From NCBI GenBank assembly GCA_030141605.1, contig JAQGDQ010000094.1, forward strand, positions 1-64,000: 64,000 nt of DNA, read 5' to 3'. Position 1 is the stretch's first letter; every line of letters starts with the position of its first letter. Below are positions 12,940 through 26,070 of the stretch, one piece after another. A model generated the notes under the pieces. That model made no database searches. It saw nothing but the letters and a program-made list of their open reading frames with translations, and was not told the DNA's origin. The position numbers and the translations under genes were made by a program. This DNA is from Tubiluchus corallicola (Eukaryota > Animalia > Priapulida).

Positions 12940-13272
12940 AACACAAGTAAACACAAAAACGAATTACCTGCTTGCAAAATTAGCTTCTGTTAACTAGATT
13001 GAGCTGTCTAACTAGTATAAAGATGTAAAAAACTTTGAATGCCCTTGTAGCCTCAAAATAATTATTTTTCAGACTACATAAAAATATTACTTTGAGGTTG
13101 AATACAAGTGAACACAAAAACAAATCACCTGATTGCAATTAGCTTCCGTTAACTAGACTGAGCTGTCTAACTAGTATAAAGATGTAAAACAAAAGGTTGA
13201 ATGCCCTTGTAGTCTCAAAAATACTAATAAGACTATATAAAAATACTTATTTTCAGACTACAAGGGTATTCA
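12940..13272. repeat. ~150-bp direct duplication whose second copy ends in a hairpin
   Basis: acacaag...gagctgtctaactagtataaagatgtaaaa...ttgaatgcccttgtag occurs at ~12940 and ~13101. ttgaatgcccttgtagtct...agactacaagggtattcaa is an inverted repeat at ~13197-13272. Confidence 0.85.
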
Positions 13273-13561
13273 AAGTTTATTTATGTTAACATGGCAAGTC
13301 TCAAGCGAGCTCTTCCATAGTATAAGGATGGTTTATTCTTATTCTGTATTCAAGAGAAATTGTGCAACAATAATTCTGGTACTTAATAATTTTATTTTTG
13401 ACGAAGATTACAGGTATATTATGTCATGCTACAAGTATTATCAATATTGCTGTTCAAGAACGCTTTTATCTATAATAGCAAATTTATTAAAATTACCACC
13501 AAACTACATTTACAACGTTCCACTTTAAAAATCCAAGAATTTGCTTTTCTTTGTTTGCCAT

Positions 13562-13784
13562 TTACAATTTCGCCATTGCTGCGTCCTTGGTAATCATGAT
13601 TGGGTGACCACGTTCCGTGAGTGATGATTCTCCTATCATCGCGGGGGCGTTTCTTAAACAGGTCTCGTCAGATTGTAGCGGACTTCTGATCATACTAGAG
13701 GATTCTGCAATCGGCAGGTAGCACCCATACAACGGAAAGTAGTTAGAAGCGCTTTGCTGAGGCGGGAATCCAATTGTAGTCATG
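13562..13784 (-). CDS. PRD-class homeobox gene (CG11294-like), probable last coding exon
   Basis: The acceptor ttctttgcag| at phase 2 fits the preceding exon. Encodes (S)MTTIGFPPQQSASNYFPLYGC...AAMAKL*. Confidence 0.65.
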
Positions 13785-13854
13785 CTGCAAAGAATGCAGA
13801 AATGAACGCAAACAGACATGCTCACTTTGCACTCGTGCACAACTTCGCTTTTAC

Positions 13855-13993
13855 GCGCACACACACACGCACGCATGCACGCACGCCGAACACTCACACC
13901 CACACCCACACCCACACCCACACCCCACCCCCACCCACCCACCCACCCACACACACACACACACACGCACGCACGCACGCACGCACTCACGCA

Positions 13994-14053
<60 letters not shown>
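13855..14053. repeat. Compound (CA)n/(CACG)n/(CACC)n microsatellite
   Basis: Seen directly. Confidence 0.98.
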
Positions 14054-14056
<3 letters not shown>

Positions 14057-15304
14057 AAAAAGGTTGTTCTATGCAGTGATATGTTACTGAAAATGTTAGA
14101 ACAAACTGTCGACACAGTTTAGGAATCTGTTTTAATGCTCTGAAAAAACCACCTTGTCCTTACTTTCAGTTTAATATTAAGCTCAATTTAATAGTTAGAA
14201 GAAGTACGTGAAAAATAGCTTAAAGAAAGTTTAGCATTAGTAGGTTTTCTGTAATTCTGTTAAACGTAAAGAAGCAAACTTGTTCGGCAAGATAAGGCAA
14301 AGCAAGTGCGTAACACTATTTTGGTTTGTTGAAGGGCTTGTTGCAAGTTGTAGGGAGTGCATGAGGTAAGGTGAAAATTTAATGATTTTGGCATTTTAAA
14401 AACATTTGTCACATGTGATGTCAGTTAAAGCTTTGAATAATCTCTACAGATGTCTCTACATATTCCATTGTTTGCTTCAAATGTGTATACCCAGAAAAAT
14501 ATGTGGTGAATTTTTTTTCATTTGCTCAACAATTTTTATAATATTTGAGTCAGCTAAGTGTAGGGATAAATGTTTTCAGAACAGCAAACATTATTGTTAA
14601 ATCATGTAAATAATTCATGCAAAAAAATTTGTACTAATTTTGAAACTGGTTTGCCTTTATCTAAATGAATGAGTAAGCATTGTCAGAGTGACCATGACAG
14701 ACAAAGTAAAATGGGGCAAAGTGAAAATGCTTCACTCTGCTTCTGCGAGGCTGTGACGTAAACCAGCTAATTTGCTTTAAGCTCGACTACATTCGTTCAT
14801 AACTATAATGCGATATTAATATATTATGAAGTGACTGGTGCTTAAAATGATGGAGAACCGTTAACACACGGGCATGGTCAAGCTTATCACAATAAGTCCA
14901 ATCTACTCCAAATTTTATTTTGAGCAAAGACATAGTCAGGATCTTAAGCGTGCAAGTAAGCTGCATTCTTGGTAACACTGTTCTATGAGAAGTTCCTAAT
15001 TTGTGTGAAAAACAAACACAGAAGACTTTTTGTGTTTGTTTTTCTTTACGATTATATAACTTGCGAAATAAAAAGAACTTGCTCTATAATAAGCGTAAAG
15101 CCTAATAGATCTTGAATACCTGAGCCTATACATGTACTTAAAAATATAAATATGCTGAATGATTTAATTGCGCCTTACACTAATGCAATTAATTACGCCC
15201 TAAGCTCAGCGTATTCACTTTGTAAGCCTCTTCAGTCTTATAAAGTGAATAGTATTTTTTCCTTGGAAAAGACAATATCTGCGGTTTAATTTACAGTAAT
15301 ATAC

Positions 15305-15483
15305 CTTTGAGCTGTAATTCTTAGGCCATCAGCATGCATAAATTGTTGAACCTGCGTGGCTGTCGGCCTGGCGTTACCCCCGTACCATGGGGGAACGGAC
15401 ATGAAGGATCTACGCCAAAAGTCTCTTCCAAGTTTCAGCCTAGTTTGCTTCCTGAATTTTGCTCTTCGGTTTTGGAACCAAAC
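15305..15483 (-). CDS. PRD-class homeobox gene (CG11294-like), exon encoding the helix-3 C-terminal half
   Basis: The acceptor ttcattttttcaag| is followed by VWFQNRRAKFRKQTRLKLGRDFWRRSFMSVPPWYGGNARP...ITAQ. The donor AG|gtat is phase 2. Confidence 0.9.
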
Positions 15484-16829
15484 CTTGAAAAAATGAAAAA
15501 AGCTGTTGCTAATAAGAAGTATAACTAATATAGGGCTACTAATAGTTGTAGCACTACAGCAATCATAAATGTCTGTTAATAAAAAAGTTTTATTTATTTA
15601 TTTAATAGATATTTTTGTATATAAGTCTGTATATAACATAAACTATAATAAAACCAGACGAAGTATAAAAATCATAAAAATTTATTTAAAAATTGGCAAG
15701 ACACATTAAAATTGCCAAACATGTTTCAGTGCTGGTGTCATCAATGCAAGAACTTAAAGGGGGAATATCATGAAAATCAAGTTAAACTTATTTTATAGTT
15801 GCCTTCCCCGGGAACAACTTGGCGAAATTTTTTTTAGCAGTACGTTGTCTAATTAATGAGTAATTAACTTTTTTGTATCTCACGGAAAACGGCATGGAGC
15901 TGCACTTACGCCTCTCCCGGTGAAAAAATTGAACTAGCGCAGCTCAGGCTGATGACGTAACAGAGTGTACCCACAGCTTGCTGTGATACTGTGGTACACC
16001 ACTGGGCTAAAAATAAAGCTGTTATTACTACATTACAGCATTTTACCCTGAGTTGGATAGGTAGCAGCCAGGTGATAGAAACGATTGTCGTTGCTATCAT
16101 TAACATGTTTTCATCAAATTCTGCAAAAGCGATATATTTTACTACCGTCGAAAATTACAAGTCCATTATAGTATATTCTAATAGAGTGTAAACAATCATT
16201 GCACAAAAGTAGACTGGCCTACAGCATATTGTGAAAATTCTTGTGGCATTAATTGAAAACATCCTCAGCAAGTGTGGAGGTTGGTAACAAAAGTTCTTTT
16301 CTTGTAAAACAAGTCCGATATAGTAACTTCATTCTGCTAGAAGAAGTTACTTTTTTTAGCCATTACTTTTTTTTCTCTATCACTGTGTGGGACAATCTAA
16401 CAAGCCCTGCTTTTTGATTGCCCGCAACACATTTACCTTCGTGTATAAGTGAACAGTGTTTGAGGCCTTTTCTGTGCAGTATTTCTTATTTGTATTATAT
16501 CCATTGTAGGCCCTTTCACTAGATATTGTATATGTAACCATTGTAAATGTGTAAGGTGAAATAAATGACTTATGACTTATGACTTAAAATATGTTTAACA
16601 AATGAAAGAGTGAGGCTTTGAGCCCATGTAAGCTCTCTAGCTTTCTTACACATCAGTCTTTGTTTACATTTAATAAATTGCAGATTGGATTCCAACGTTG
16701 ACTGCACAGAATATTCTGCATTTCTCGCAAAAAGTTCACAAGGGTATTACTGCTATTAATATATGACATAAATAATTTTACAAATCTGATTTCAAACTGG
16801 GTACTCGGACGAAGCACACCGATAAATGA

Positions 16830-18290
16830 GGTAACAAAAACCTATGAGTTTGATATAGTAAATGCCAAAATTTACGTACGCCTATGTATCAGGAGGTATC
16901 AAGGTTATTGATAAGAGTGATATCAAGTTTCCATATTTGCGAGCCATAAAAGCGATAACAGTGCAATTGAAATATTTTAGTCTTAGTATAGCTATTAAAA
17001 AACGAGAAGTCACATATAACACTGTTTGCACGGCAAATGAAATATCCACGTTTACATAGAATTTCCGACATCTGACAAGTTAGATGACAGTGTGGTATCA
17101 AGGTGCAGCACTTTGTCGCAAAAAGACATCCTATTATTGAGTTTTAGTATGAGAATTCTTATGAGAATAGAAATTATTCATCTGCTCTTTACTTTGTGAC
17201 GACCTATATTTACAAAATCAATATCAATTTCTGGTATACTCTTCACAATTTTTTAGCATGGCCTGGAGAGTCCGTATATCCGGTGCCAACAGACTTAAAT
17301 CGTCAGCATATGCAACACTGCCACAGTGCCTGTTATCCACCATATATTCAATTTTAGAATCCCGCAGTTTACATAATAGTCCATGTAAGTACACGCTAAA
17401 TATAATTGGAGACAAGGCAGCACCCTGTCTTACCCCTTTGGTATAGGTAAAAAATCTAGATTTGGTATTATGCCACGATAAACATATTTGCTGGTAGGGT
17501 ATACACGTTTAATAACAAGAAGATTTTTCTGAACTAGAAGTTTGAATAATTTACAGCAATTTACTTTACCGAATGCTTTAGAAGCGTCAAGTAAAGCACA
17601 AAAACTATAGAGCCATTTTGCACGTAATATTTAGCGGTTTCTTTTAATATGGTGGTACACATAGTAGTGAATATCTCAGATTTGAACCCAAATTGTAAAT
17701 CGGAATACGCTTTACGTATATAAAGTATACGCAATACTTTATATATTTACGTATTTTTCAAGTTTACATATTTACATATTACAAGTTTTCATATTTACAA
17801 AGAATTAGCCAATCAAGTAGCTTCTTTGTAAATATGAAAACTTGTAATATGTAAATATGTAAACTTGAAAAAGATGTAAATATATAAAGTATTGCGTACT
17901 TCCGATTTACAATTTGGGTTCAAATCTGAGATATTCACTACTATGTGTACCATGATATTAAAAGAAACCGCTAAATTATACGTGCAAAATGCTACGAAAG
18001 CTACTTGATTGTTGTCTTTGTCTGACAAGTTACCACGGGCATCCTTTGGGATTGGTTTGATACAAGACAACGAAAGGTGCTCAGGCGAATAGCTGTGGGC
18101 TGTTCTAAAATTATACAATTCACATGCATACCTAAGTGAGTGGATAATAAATGTGTACCGTGTATGATATGGTCAGATGTAAAAATATCACTTCCATCAG
18201 ATTTACCAGGTTTTATATGTTTTGCAGCGTTAATTATGTCTTGGACATTGAAACGATGAGTGTCACACACTTCATTACGTAGTTTTTTTA
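16830..18290 (-). mobile_element. Decayed LINE reverse-transcriptase region with an internal inverted duplication
   Basis: Motifs GVRQGAALSPIIFSVY...VAYADDLSLLAP (17224-17440), LLDASKAF, IKPGKSDG and IKPIPK, with many stops and frameshifts. Confidence 0.85.
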
Positions 18291-18317
18291 TTTATATCTT
18301 GTAATCGATCAACTGGC

Positions 18318-18590
18318 CTGTGATGATCGGTTATACCACCCATCTTTGTCACAACACCTAATTTGATATATCTATCGTATGATGTTGTGTGTGCATAATT
18401 AATGATCTAATTACCTTATTGATTTATTGCACTGTTTATTTAAACTTACATAACATGGCGTGTTTTTGTAAGGTTTTGACACTAGATGGCTCTGGCTGCT
18501 CATTTCTCTGCTTAGCTGTAATTAGGTTACCTGCAAATTCGAATGCCAAATGGCTTCAATCTGTTTTGGGATCTTACTACAGAGTTCGTG
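18318..18590 (+). repeat. Interspersed repeat; a second copy at 41927-41980 + 43278-43414 is split by an insertion
   Basis: The copies share tgatg(a/g)tcggtta..cacc...cgtatgatgttgtgtgcataattaatgat...ttattgcactgtttatttaaa...ggatcttactaca. Confidence 0.85.
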
Positions 18591-18885
18591 TTTTATACTA
18601 GATATGTTCTGACTGTCAAAGTTACAGGGTAATGTCCTGTAAAATTTGGCATATAAAAGTGACGGAAACACTCGAGAACCCTGAACACAGTACTCTGATT
18701 TCCTAACGTCCTGAGTTAGTTATTACACGGCGTCACATGGCCAATCGACCGACCAACTTGCCTGCCTATTTACCTATCTACCTATCTACCTACCCACTTA
18801 CATAATTACCCACGAACTTTCCTACTTGCGTATTTATTTATTTATAATTTTATCTTACATATATTTGCCTGTTTAATAAATTTAC

Positions 18886-19020
18886 CTGTATTCTGGCTTC
18901 CGTAAGCTCTATTCTCTCTGCAAGTTGTTCTCTGAGGAACACGTCAGGATATTGTGTTCTTTCAAACAGTGCCTCTAACTCGGCTAGTTGATGAGGAGTA
19001 AATGTGGTTCTATTTCTTCT
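18886..19020 (-). CDS. PRD-class homeobox gene (CG11294-like), homeodomain residues 2-46
   Basis: Bounded by atttcag| and |gtaaat, 135 nt. Encodes [45 protein letters not shown]. The intron between Q46 and V47 is typical of the PRD class. Confidence 0.95.
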
Positions 19021-19599
19021 CTGAAATGAAAAAAAAATTTCATAACACTTTTGGCAAACTGTCTAATTAAGGTTTTTAATTGTGCATAATACTAGATTCT
19101 GCATGTTAATAGTACTTTATTTTAAGGTTTTCATTGCTCGTATGCACACTTTTTGGAAAATTATAAAATGAGAGATGTAAAGAGTGGAACCGTTATACAC
19201 AATTTATACATTTTTGACAGAAAAATGCGCCATCTCTTTGTCATGAAATACGCATAGTTTAAATTTCTATACCAATATAAATCTACATTCTTTTTACTTC
19301 AGTTACACAACGGAAAAACAAAATATGACGCGAAATTTATAAATTTGTTTAGTCGCGGTACTGAGTCAATTAGAAAATGACTATCCTTTAGCAATGAGTT
19401 TGGAGTTTCTTTATCATCAACGACTATCTGTTATAAAATCATCTTTTATTATTTGTATAAATAAAATCTCTAAAATCTTGGAAAATAATATCTTTAAAAT
19501 TTATAAAATAATATGACGTAAAATCTGTTCGATTGTATTGGCTGTTTATTACAAAATAGCTAACTTCAAAAATGAAATTCTTCATCCTCCACGACTTTC

Positions 19600-22450
19600 C
19601 ACTACAAAATCATTTTTGATTAATTGCATAAAATTTTCATATAAGTTATGTTTGTTTTGTAGAACTATCTCCATTAGGTTTCTGTTGCCGAGTAAATTGA
19701 TGAATGACGTTCTTTTTTCAAAAATTTGGCATCGTAAAGTAGATGTTCTGGTGTTTGCTCTTCCATTCCACAGGTGCATGTTGGGCTATCTGCTAGTCCG
19801 AGACGATGTAAATGTTTATTATATGTCCCTTGGCCTGTGAGGAAAATGGTTCGACGTGTCTCTCTGTTTTCCTTAGGAGAGGTTGAAACGGTGAAGTTTA
19901 CATGACTCAGTCCAGTTTTCTACTTATGTCGTCACGTATTGGCCTTGCAGCTGGAGATTGTTAGTAATTCTGCTTGCCCATAGTGCTGAGATGCTTCTGT
20001 CTAACTGCTTCTTTGTGTAGTTACAGATAGCTGGGTACAGAGTTACAGTTACTTAAAGACTTGAAGTATTTCTGAGGTTAGCAGTGTGATATTTCAAAAA
20101 TGCTTATGTGCTAGCTGTTTGTCGCTCGGTTTCCAATCTTTAGCAAAATACTTTTTACTAAATCAATATCATCGCCATTACTTATTAGCTTTAACAAGAA
20201 CTTGGTTCCAATGGAATTTAATATAACATCCAGAGGCGGAAGGTCACAGATTAGCTCTAGCTTGTCTGCTCATGCGCCCATGCGCCCCCTAGTAGAGCTT
20301 CTGTTTTATCTGGTCGTGTGTTTATTTTTAAGCGTCGTTTCCTGCACCATCTGCTTATACTATCATAGCATTTTTGTGCCACTTCTAAACATGTGTCGTA
20401 GTTACGTGAAAGGTGCCATCTTTAGCATATTTAAATTTGCTAACATCAGTTGGTAACTCGTGGAACTCGCAAGTGAATATGAAGAGCAATGGAGCAAGTA
20501 CAGATCCTTGTGGTAATCCCACAAAACACCCTCATTCGTCTTAGCTATAAATTTGAACTTTTATGGTTGTTTTTCTGTTTCGCAATATATAGGCTGTGGG
20601 ACGTAGCCTTTTTCCTCTGATATTAGCTCCAATTTGTTTGTATAAAAGGCAATCGACCCACACGCCACGCACGTTTTCAAAATCACAACAGATTGTTATT
20701 GCATAATTGTTTTGTAGAATATCTTCTGCTGTCGTCAAAACTATCCTTATCAGGTATCTCGGTGTTTTAATAGGACACAAAACTTTTTTGCAATTGGAAT
20801 ATTATTTTAAAGAGTGAAAAATGATTGCGAAATCGTGCAGATATTAGATGCTCGATCGTTTTTCTTTTAAAATTGGACGGTGGTTGTTCGGATTACTATA
20901 GTTGCTTTTACTGGGCTTTTTAATAGGTACCATCTTACTCAAGATTTATTCCTGGTTTACTAGACGTATATTAGTCTGTATAGTGTTACAGTTTTGCTAA
21001 TGGGCTAAAGTTTTGACACATTTTAATACGTATGTCGTCATTGTTGATTGACTTGTCTTCCACTTTGATCTCTTTTATGACTGAAATCACTTCTTCCATT
21101 GAAAATAGTTTATTTAGCTCTGCGTAATCGTCTGCATCCCAGTCGATTTGCTGAAGTACTACCTGAACATGCGCCTTTGAATTTTCATCAAAATCTATAC
21201 CATACAAATGCCTACCACTACAGACAGTTTCGTAAAAAATATCAGCTTTATCTTTTTCAAATAAAACAAATTTGCCATTTTTCACTGACACTTAATTTCA
21301 CGTCTCTTTGACTGCCAAAAATTTTTTGTATGTTTTCCAAAAGACAGACGTTTGTTTGGTGTTTATTTTTTCGTGTTTTTCTTTATCAAATCACTTCTCG
21401 CAACACTTAGTTCTAGATCAAATCTATGTTTTTCCTCCGTGTATGCTGTCGATTTTGCTAGATTAGAATATTAGAATTAGATTAGGCTTTTACGCCTTTC
21501 TGTATTCGCGGACTTCAGCTGACAGAGCTGATAATTACTTGGTACAAAAAAATTACTGTGATTGCATACTGTTTCCTAAAGGGCTTCTATTATTTCCTAT
21601 AAAGATTTCCGTGAACCAGTTCCACAACTAATTTGCGTTACCATTTTGCACCAGGTGGTAGAATTGTTCGTAAGACAAGTGCAGAGTGTTTTCTTATCCC
21701 TGTGACCAGTGCTCCCAATTGCTGTTTTCAAAAGCATACACTTTGCGTTTGTTAATAACTTTGTGTGCTGTGCCGCTTAGTCTCAGAAATTACAGGAAAA
21801 TGCTCCTGTAAACAGCTCAACTTCACAATCAGTATACTGGCGTATCACTTTGTCCGTCATGTTATGACAAAATATAGTTAAATCTATTGTACTTTTCCAC
21901 TGTGCAGGAGCTGAATGTTTCAGCGGCAGAAGCGGCATAACCATGTCATTATTGTTGAATATTAAATCATTCAATACGTCTCCGTGTCTGTTTGTTAAAC
22001 TGTCCCATAAACAACTACGTGGATTATAGTCGCCAGCCGCAACTATTCCGGATATACGGTGAGTTTGGACGTAATTCATAACTTCAGATGTTGGCGGAAT
22101 GTAAACTTTACGGAAGTAGCAAAAGCTTTCTTTAGACCGATAAAGCAAGCATTCAGGTATTTTCTAAGAGTTTAATTGATATGTTTACCTATGACAGTTT
22201 TTAGAGTAAATATGTGGTTAGACAGCTACGATTAAAACCACTTTGTTTTTGTTTTTCAGCTTAAAGTCTATTGTTTATATTTTGCAAAAAATATAGAGGC
22301 TATTGCTAATTGGGAGTCCTCTGTAGTTAGAGGGGTCCAACCACTTGCCACGTCCTTACTCAGGCAGAAGCTACAGAGATGACGTCTGCCGTGAAACACC
22401 TGAAGCGCGCCCGAGATTTGCTGTTACTGGTTTGGATGGTGTTCGAAGAG
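19600..22450 (-). mobile_element. Decayed LINE ORF2 (AP endonuclease + reverse transcriptase)
   Basis: Endonuclease motifs VYIPP, AGDYNP..LW and STIDL (21783-22148). RT motif GLPQGSVLAPLLFIF (~20480-20520) is followed by a degenerate YADD-like KYAKD. Confidence 0.85.
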
Positions 22451-22880
22451 CGCCTGTAGTTTGGACGGTGCGCATATAACTGTTTTTTTAAGACGGTTTT
22501 GAATGTAGATAAGTGTGTTAAGTCACAATAAGTGTCATGTAAGTAGTCATGCAACCAAGCAATAAAACTGACTGTATGCAAATTTTAATTCTAACGTTTT
22601 CTAGTTTTGTATCTTTCTCAGTTCCATTAATCCTGAAACTGGGTGCATCTAGATGGTGTCAGCGAGTAAACCACGTACTGTAATACAACTGGGGAAGATT
22701 TACCAAACAGCTGAAATATTATTTTATTGCTGCTAGATGACTGATATTGTGCCAAATGCTTCTGGTGTGAAGCAAATCGCTCCATAATGTGCGCCATTTT
22801 TCTGAATTCTGTTGATCAAGCGACTTTTCGTTTAATTTTAGACGTATTGGCTTCTGGTGACCCTGATAATAAAACTGCAT

Positions 22881-23110
22881 TAGGCCCCGCGCAGACATGC
22901 AGTTTTCAGTTGTGCAATTAAAAGTTGCAAAATCAATAAATAACTAAAGCTTACGAAAGCGCGCAGATTACCTGCAACTAAAATTGCACAATTAAAAATT
23001 GCAAACTGGGCTAAACTTTTGGTTGCCCAACTGTTTTGTAATGTACAGTTTTCAATGAGAGCGCGCAAACATGCAACTTAGTTGTGCAACTTTTAGTCAA
23101 ACACAATTGT
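22881..23110 (+). mobile_element. Possible end of a non-autonomous DNA transposon (PIF/Harbinger-like) with internal palindromic repeats
   Basis: Starts taggccccgcgcagac, with repeated and inverted tgcaact/agttgtgca/gcgcgca motifs. Confidence 0.35.
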
Positions 23111-25129
23111 TATCACGAGGCACCAGTAAACTTACAAAAGAGAGACAAGAAAAACAAATTAAGGGCGACACGTCATTGTTACCATCTCTGCTACCATCTT
23201 TCAAAACATTCAGTGACAAATTCGATCAGAAAATGGAGATCGAAGTACGAAGTTTTGAAAAAACAGTGCAATGAACACATTTCTACAGCCTGCCTCTTAT
23301 TACTGTATTCAGAGCTTTCATGGCTTCAGTGGAATGTCTCAGATTTTATAGGTTTTAGCGAGAAAACTTTTAAGTAAGCTGCGGTTATTGCTGCCACAGT
23401 TTCTTGCTCATATTCGAATTCAGAACACAACAATAAGCTTAAAAAGCATCTCATGGAAATGCGTTATTAAACATTTTCAAAGAGAAAAAAGAAATTGATG
23501 AGGATTTTATATTTTTATTACCGTTGTTACAATCTTTTAAAAAAAATTCAATGAAATTTGCAAATTGGAGGCCAAAATGGAATTCTGAATGTGGTTTAAC
23601 GCGTTGGGAACTCGCCGTACAATCAAAACATTCCAAAAACACCCAGTGCAAGTTTCTTCCCTCTGTGGACTGTCGCAACAAGAAATCAGTAATAACTGCA
23701 TTTGGATTATATAAAAAAATTACAAAAGGTATAAATAACATGCGTATATATAATTTGGTTGTTTCATTCCTTATTCTATTTATGATTTTTTGCTCTTTTT
23801 GTACGTAAGAAAAAATGTGACTAACCACAGCTGTCACACGAGTTTAGATTTTGCATAGAGAGAATAGTGAAACGATTGTGCAAACTCACACAGAAAAATG
23901 ATTTAACATCAACATAAACTTAAAGGAATTCATGATGATTTTTCATATACTACCCCATTTTCAAATCCGATAAGAAGTATGCATTTTGACACAATTAATA
24001 CTGCAAAAGCACTAATACTTCTAATACTTAAATAATAGATTAAAATTTAATTAAGGGCGGGCGAACCCAACTATTGATGACATCACAAACTAACAATAGC
24101 GAAAAGCGAAGTACAGTGCTACTGTAAGGTATTCAGTGTGTTGTACTAAAACTAGGTAAGTTTTAAGATAAAAATTCAAATCTCAAATTTACCGCTGTGT
24201 TCACGCATGAGCTGTTGAACGTGTGTAGTTCGTCAGAAACTAACACATCTAAATTGAGAGGTACAGAACCTGTTTTTTGCGTAATGTGTTTTCGAAATGG
24301 AGGCGCTAGTGCCCGTCTAACTAGCGAATGGCGAAAGAACGTCGCCGTGGATTTTTACTGATTTCAATTTCTGCACTAATAAACATGCACAGGTAAAAAA
24401 AATCAGTGCCCGACTTATGGTAAAATATTGCACTGAAGCCAGTTTTTCAGGAACCCCCTTCTACATTGTAATGAATCGCCTCTTACGAAGCCATTGCATA
24501 TTGGCAGCTATAAGTGTGCTGGCATATAACGGTACCGTTGGATTCAGCATTAGTGCGGGCAGGTGCGCTTTCAATCCAAGCATCTGAACCACAAAACACG
24601 CAGTGTGTAGGAGACAAGATGAAATTCTGGCACGTTATTCCTTCAAACTTCTGTTTAGTTTTGACATTTTTGGAGTCGTATTGTATTAAATTAAAACTTA
24701 CATCATTCCAGACTTGGACCCTGGACGTCTTGGCCACATTCAACTTTTTTATATGTTTTTATATGCAATACAAATGCCAACATTTGTAAACAATAGGTAA
24801 ATCAAGTTCATCATCTAGATCAAAAGAGTTCTGATTCACCATTGACAAAGTGGAGAAAGAAAATAAACTACAAAATAATGAGATCAAAATTGGTGTGAAA
24901 GTGTTTGTTATTGAAGACTGACATTGGTGTTGAAGTGCAGTGTCATTAGTTTGACCAAGCTAACTTGGCCAAGAAAAGTAGTATAACTTCTGTGAAGAAA
25001 AAAAGTTACGGTTGGTACAGTAAGTTTATAAGTACTGTGTGAAGGCAAACACTCTAACACTAATCTTCATGTGGTATAGCATGGCTAGTGCAGTATTAAG
25101 CTAAGTATGATGACAACCTAGGCACTCCA

Positions 25130-25310
25130 TGTTTACAGTACAAAATTAAACCACGAAAAGACGATATGCCGGCAGAACGGCCTCCAAGGTAAATTCCTAC
25201 TGCGTTTCAAGAGACTGTAAAAAAATGAACACGATGGAGAAACTTCACGTCGTATAATTCGAAGAGTTTACTGAATGGGTATCTCAATTCGTATAACTAC
25301 GAAAAAATGA
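25130..25310 (+). mobile_element. Short fragment resembling the Ty3/Gypsy RT N-terminus
   Basis: Broken frames give IPTAFQETVK...TEWVSQFV, similar to the Gypsy pattern P.A....VK.EL..M...I....PTEWVS. Confidence 0.35.
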
Positions 25311-25379
25311 CACTGATAAGAAAAAATGACAACGAAAAAAGTTATCTAAGTTATCTAAAGAAGTTATCTAAATTTCTTT

Positions 25380-26070
25380 GAACACGATGATAAACTAATT
25401 ATCGACAAAAACGAAATTGCTAATCAGTTTAATAATTTTTTGTAAATGTTGGACCTAAATTGGCTGAGAATATTCTAAAACTGAAAAAATATTTGCATTT
25501 TAATAGGCGGTTTTTGACGAGTAAGAAGTAATTAAGGACTTTAAACGTTTTATAGATAAAAAGTCAATTGATGTAAACGACATTGATATGTCAGTTATAA
25601 AAAATGTAATCAATTGCATTGTGAAACCACACACTCACATTTATAACCGGTCATTTTGCACTAGTACTTTTTCAGAAAAGATGTAATCGGTGAAAGAAAT
25701 ACCTGCCCACAAAGCAGATTACAAGATTGTTTTCACAAATTATCGATCAGTAGCTTTACAGCCGCAGTTTTCAAAAAATTTAGAAAAACTGTATGCATTG
25801 CGTTTAGATGAGTTTATTGACAAATGCAATATATCTAGTAGGTTCCAATATAGTTTTAGATCCACTGCGCTAGTTTTGCCTGACTTTTGAAAAGAAATTC
25901 CTACAGTTAATGACAAAAAAATATATAGTTGGTGTGCTTATAGTCTCGAAGAAATTGATACGATGGATCAGCCGCTACTTAATTGGAAATGAATTGCGAA
26001 TATATGGAACACAGTTGTGTAACGAGCTGCTTACTAAAAAGAATACAGTACTTTAAAATAGGTAGTAAAT
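25380..26070 (+). mobile_element. Decayed CR1/L2-group LINE RT fragment
   Basis: Motifs EIANQFNNF, VNVGPKLA, NYRSVALQPQFSKNLEKL and FQYSFR. Confidence 0.75.

Noticed and set aside
13754-14122. HT/CV/AR-repeat ORFs on both strands
   Set aside because: These are microsatellite translations. Only the 13562-13784 part of the - strand ORF is treated as an exon.
23280-23840. Possible hAT dimerisation-domain remnant and the 128-aa - strand ORF
   Set aside because: The similarity is too faint to call by eye.
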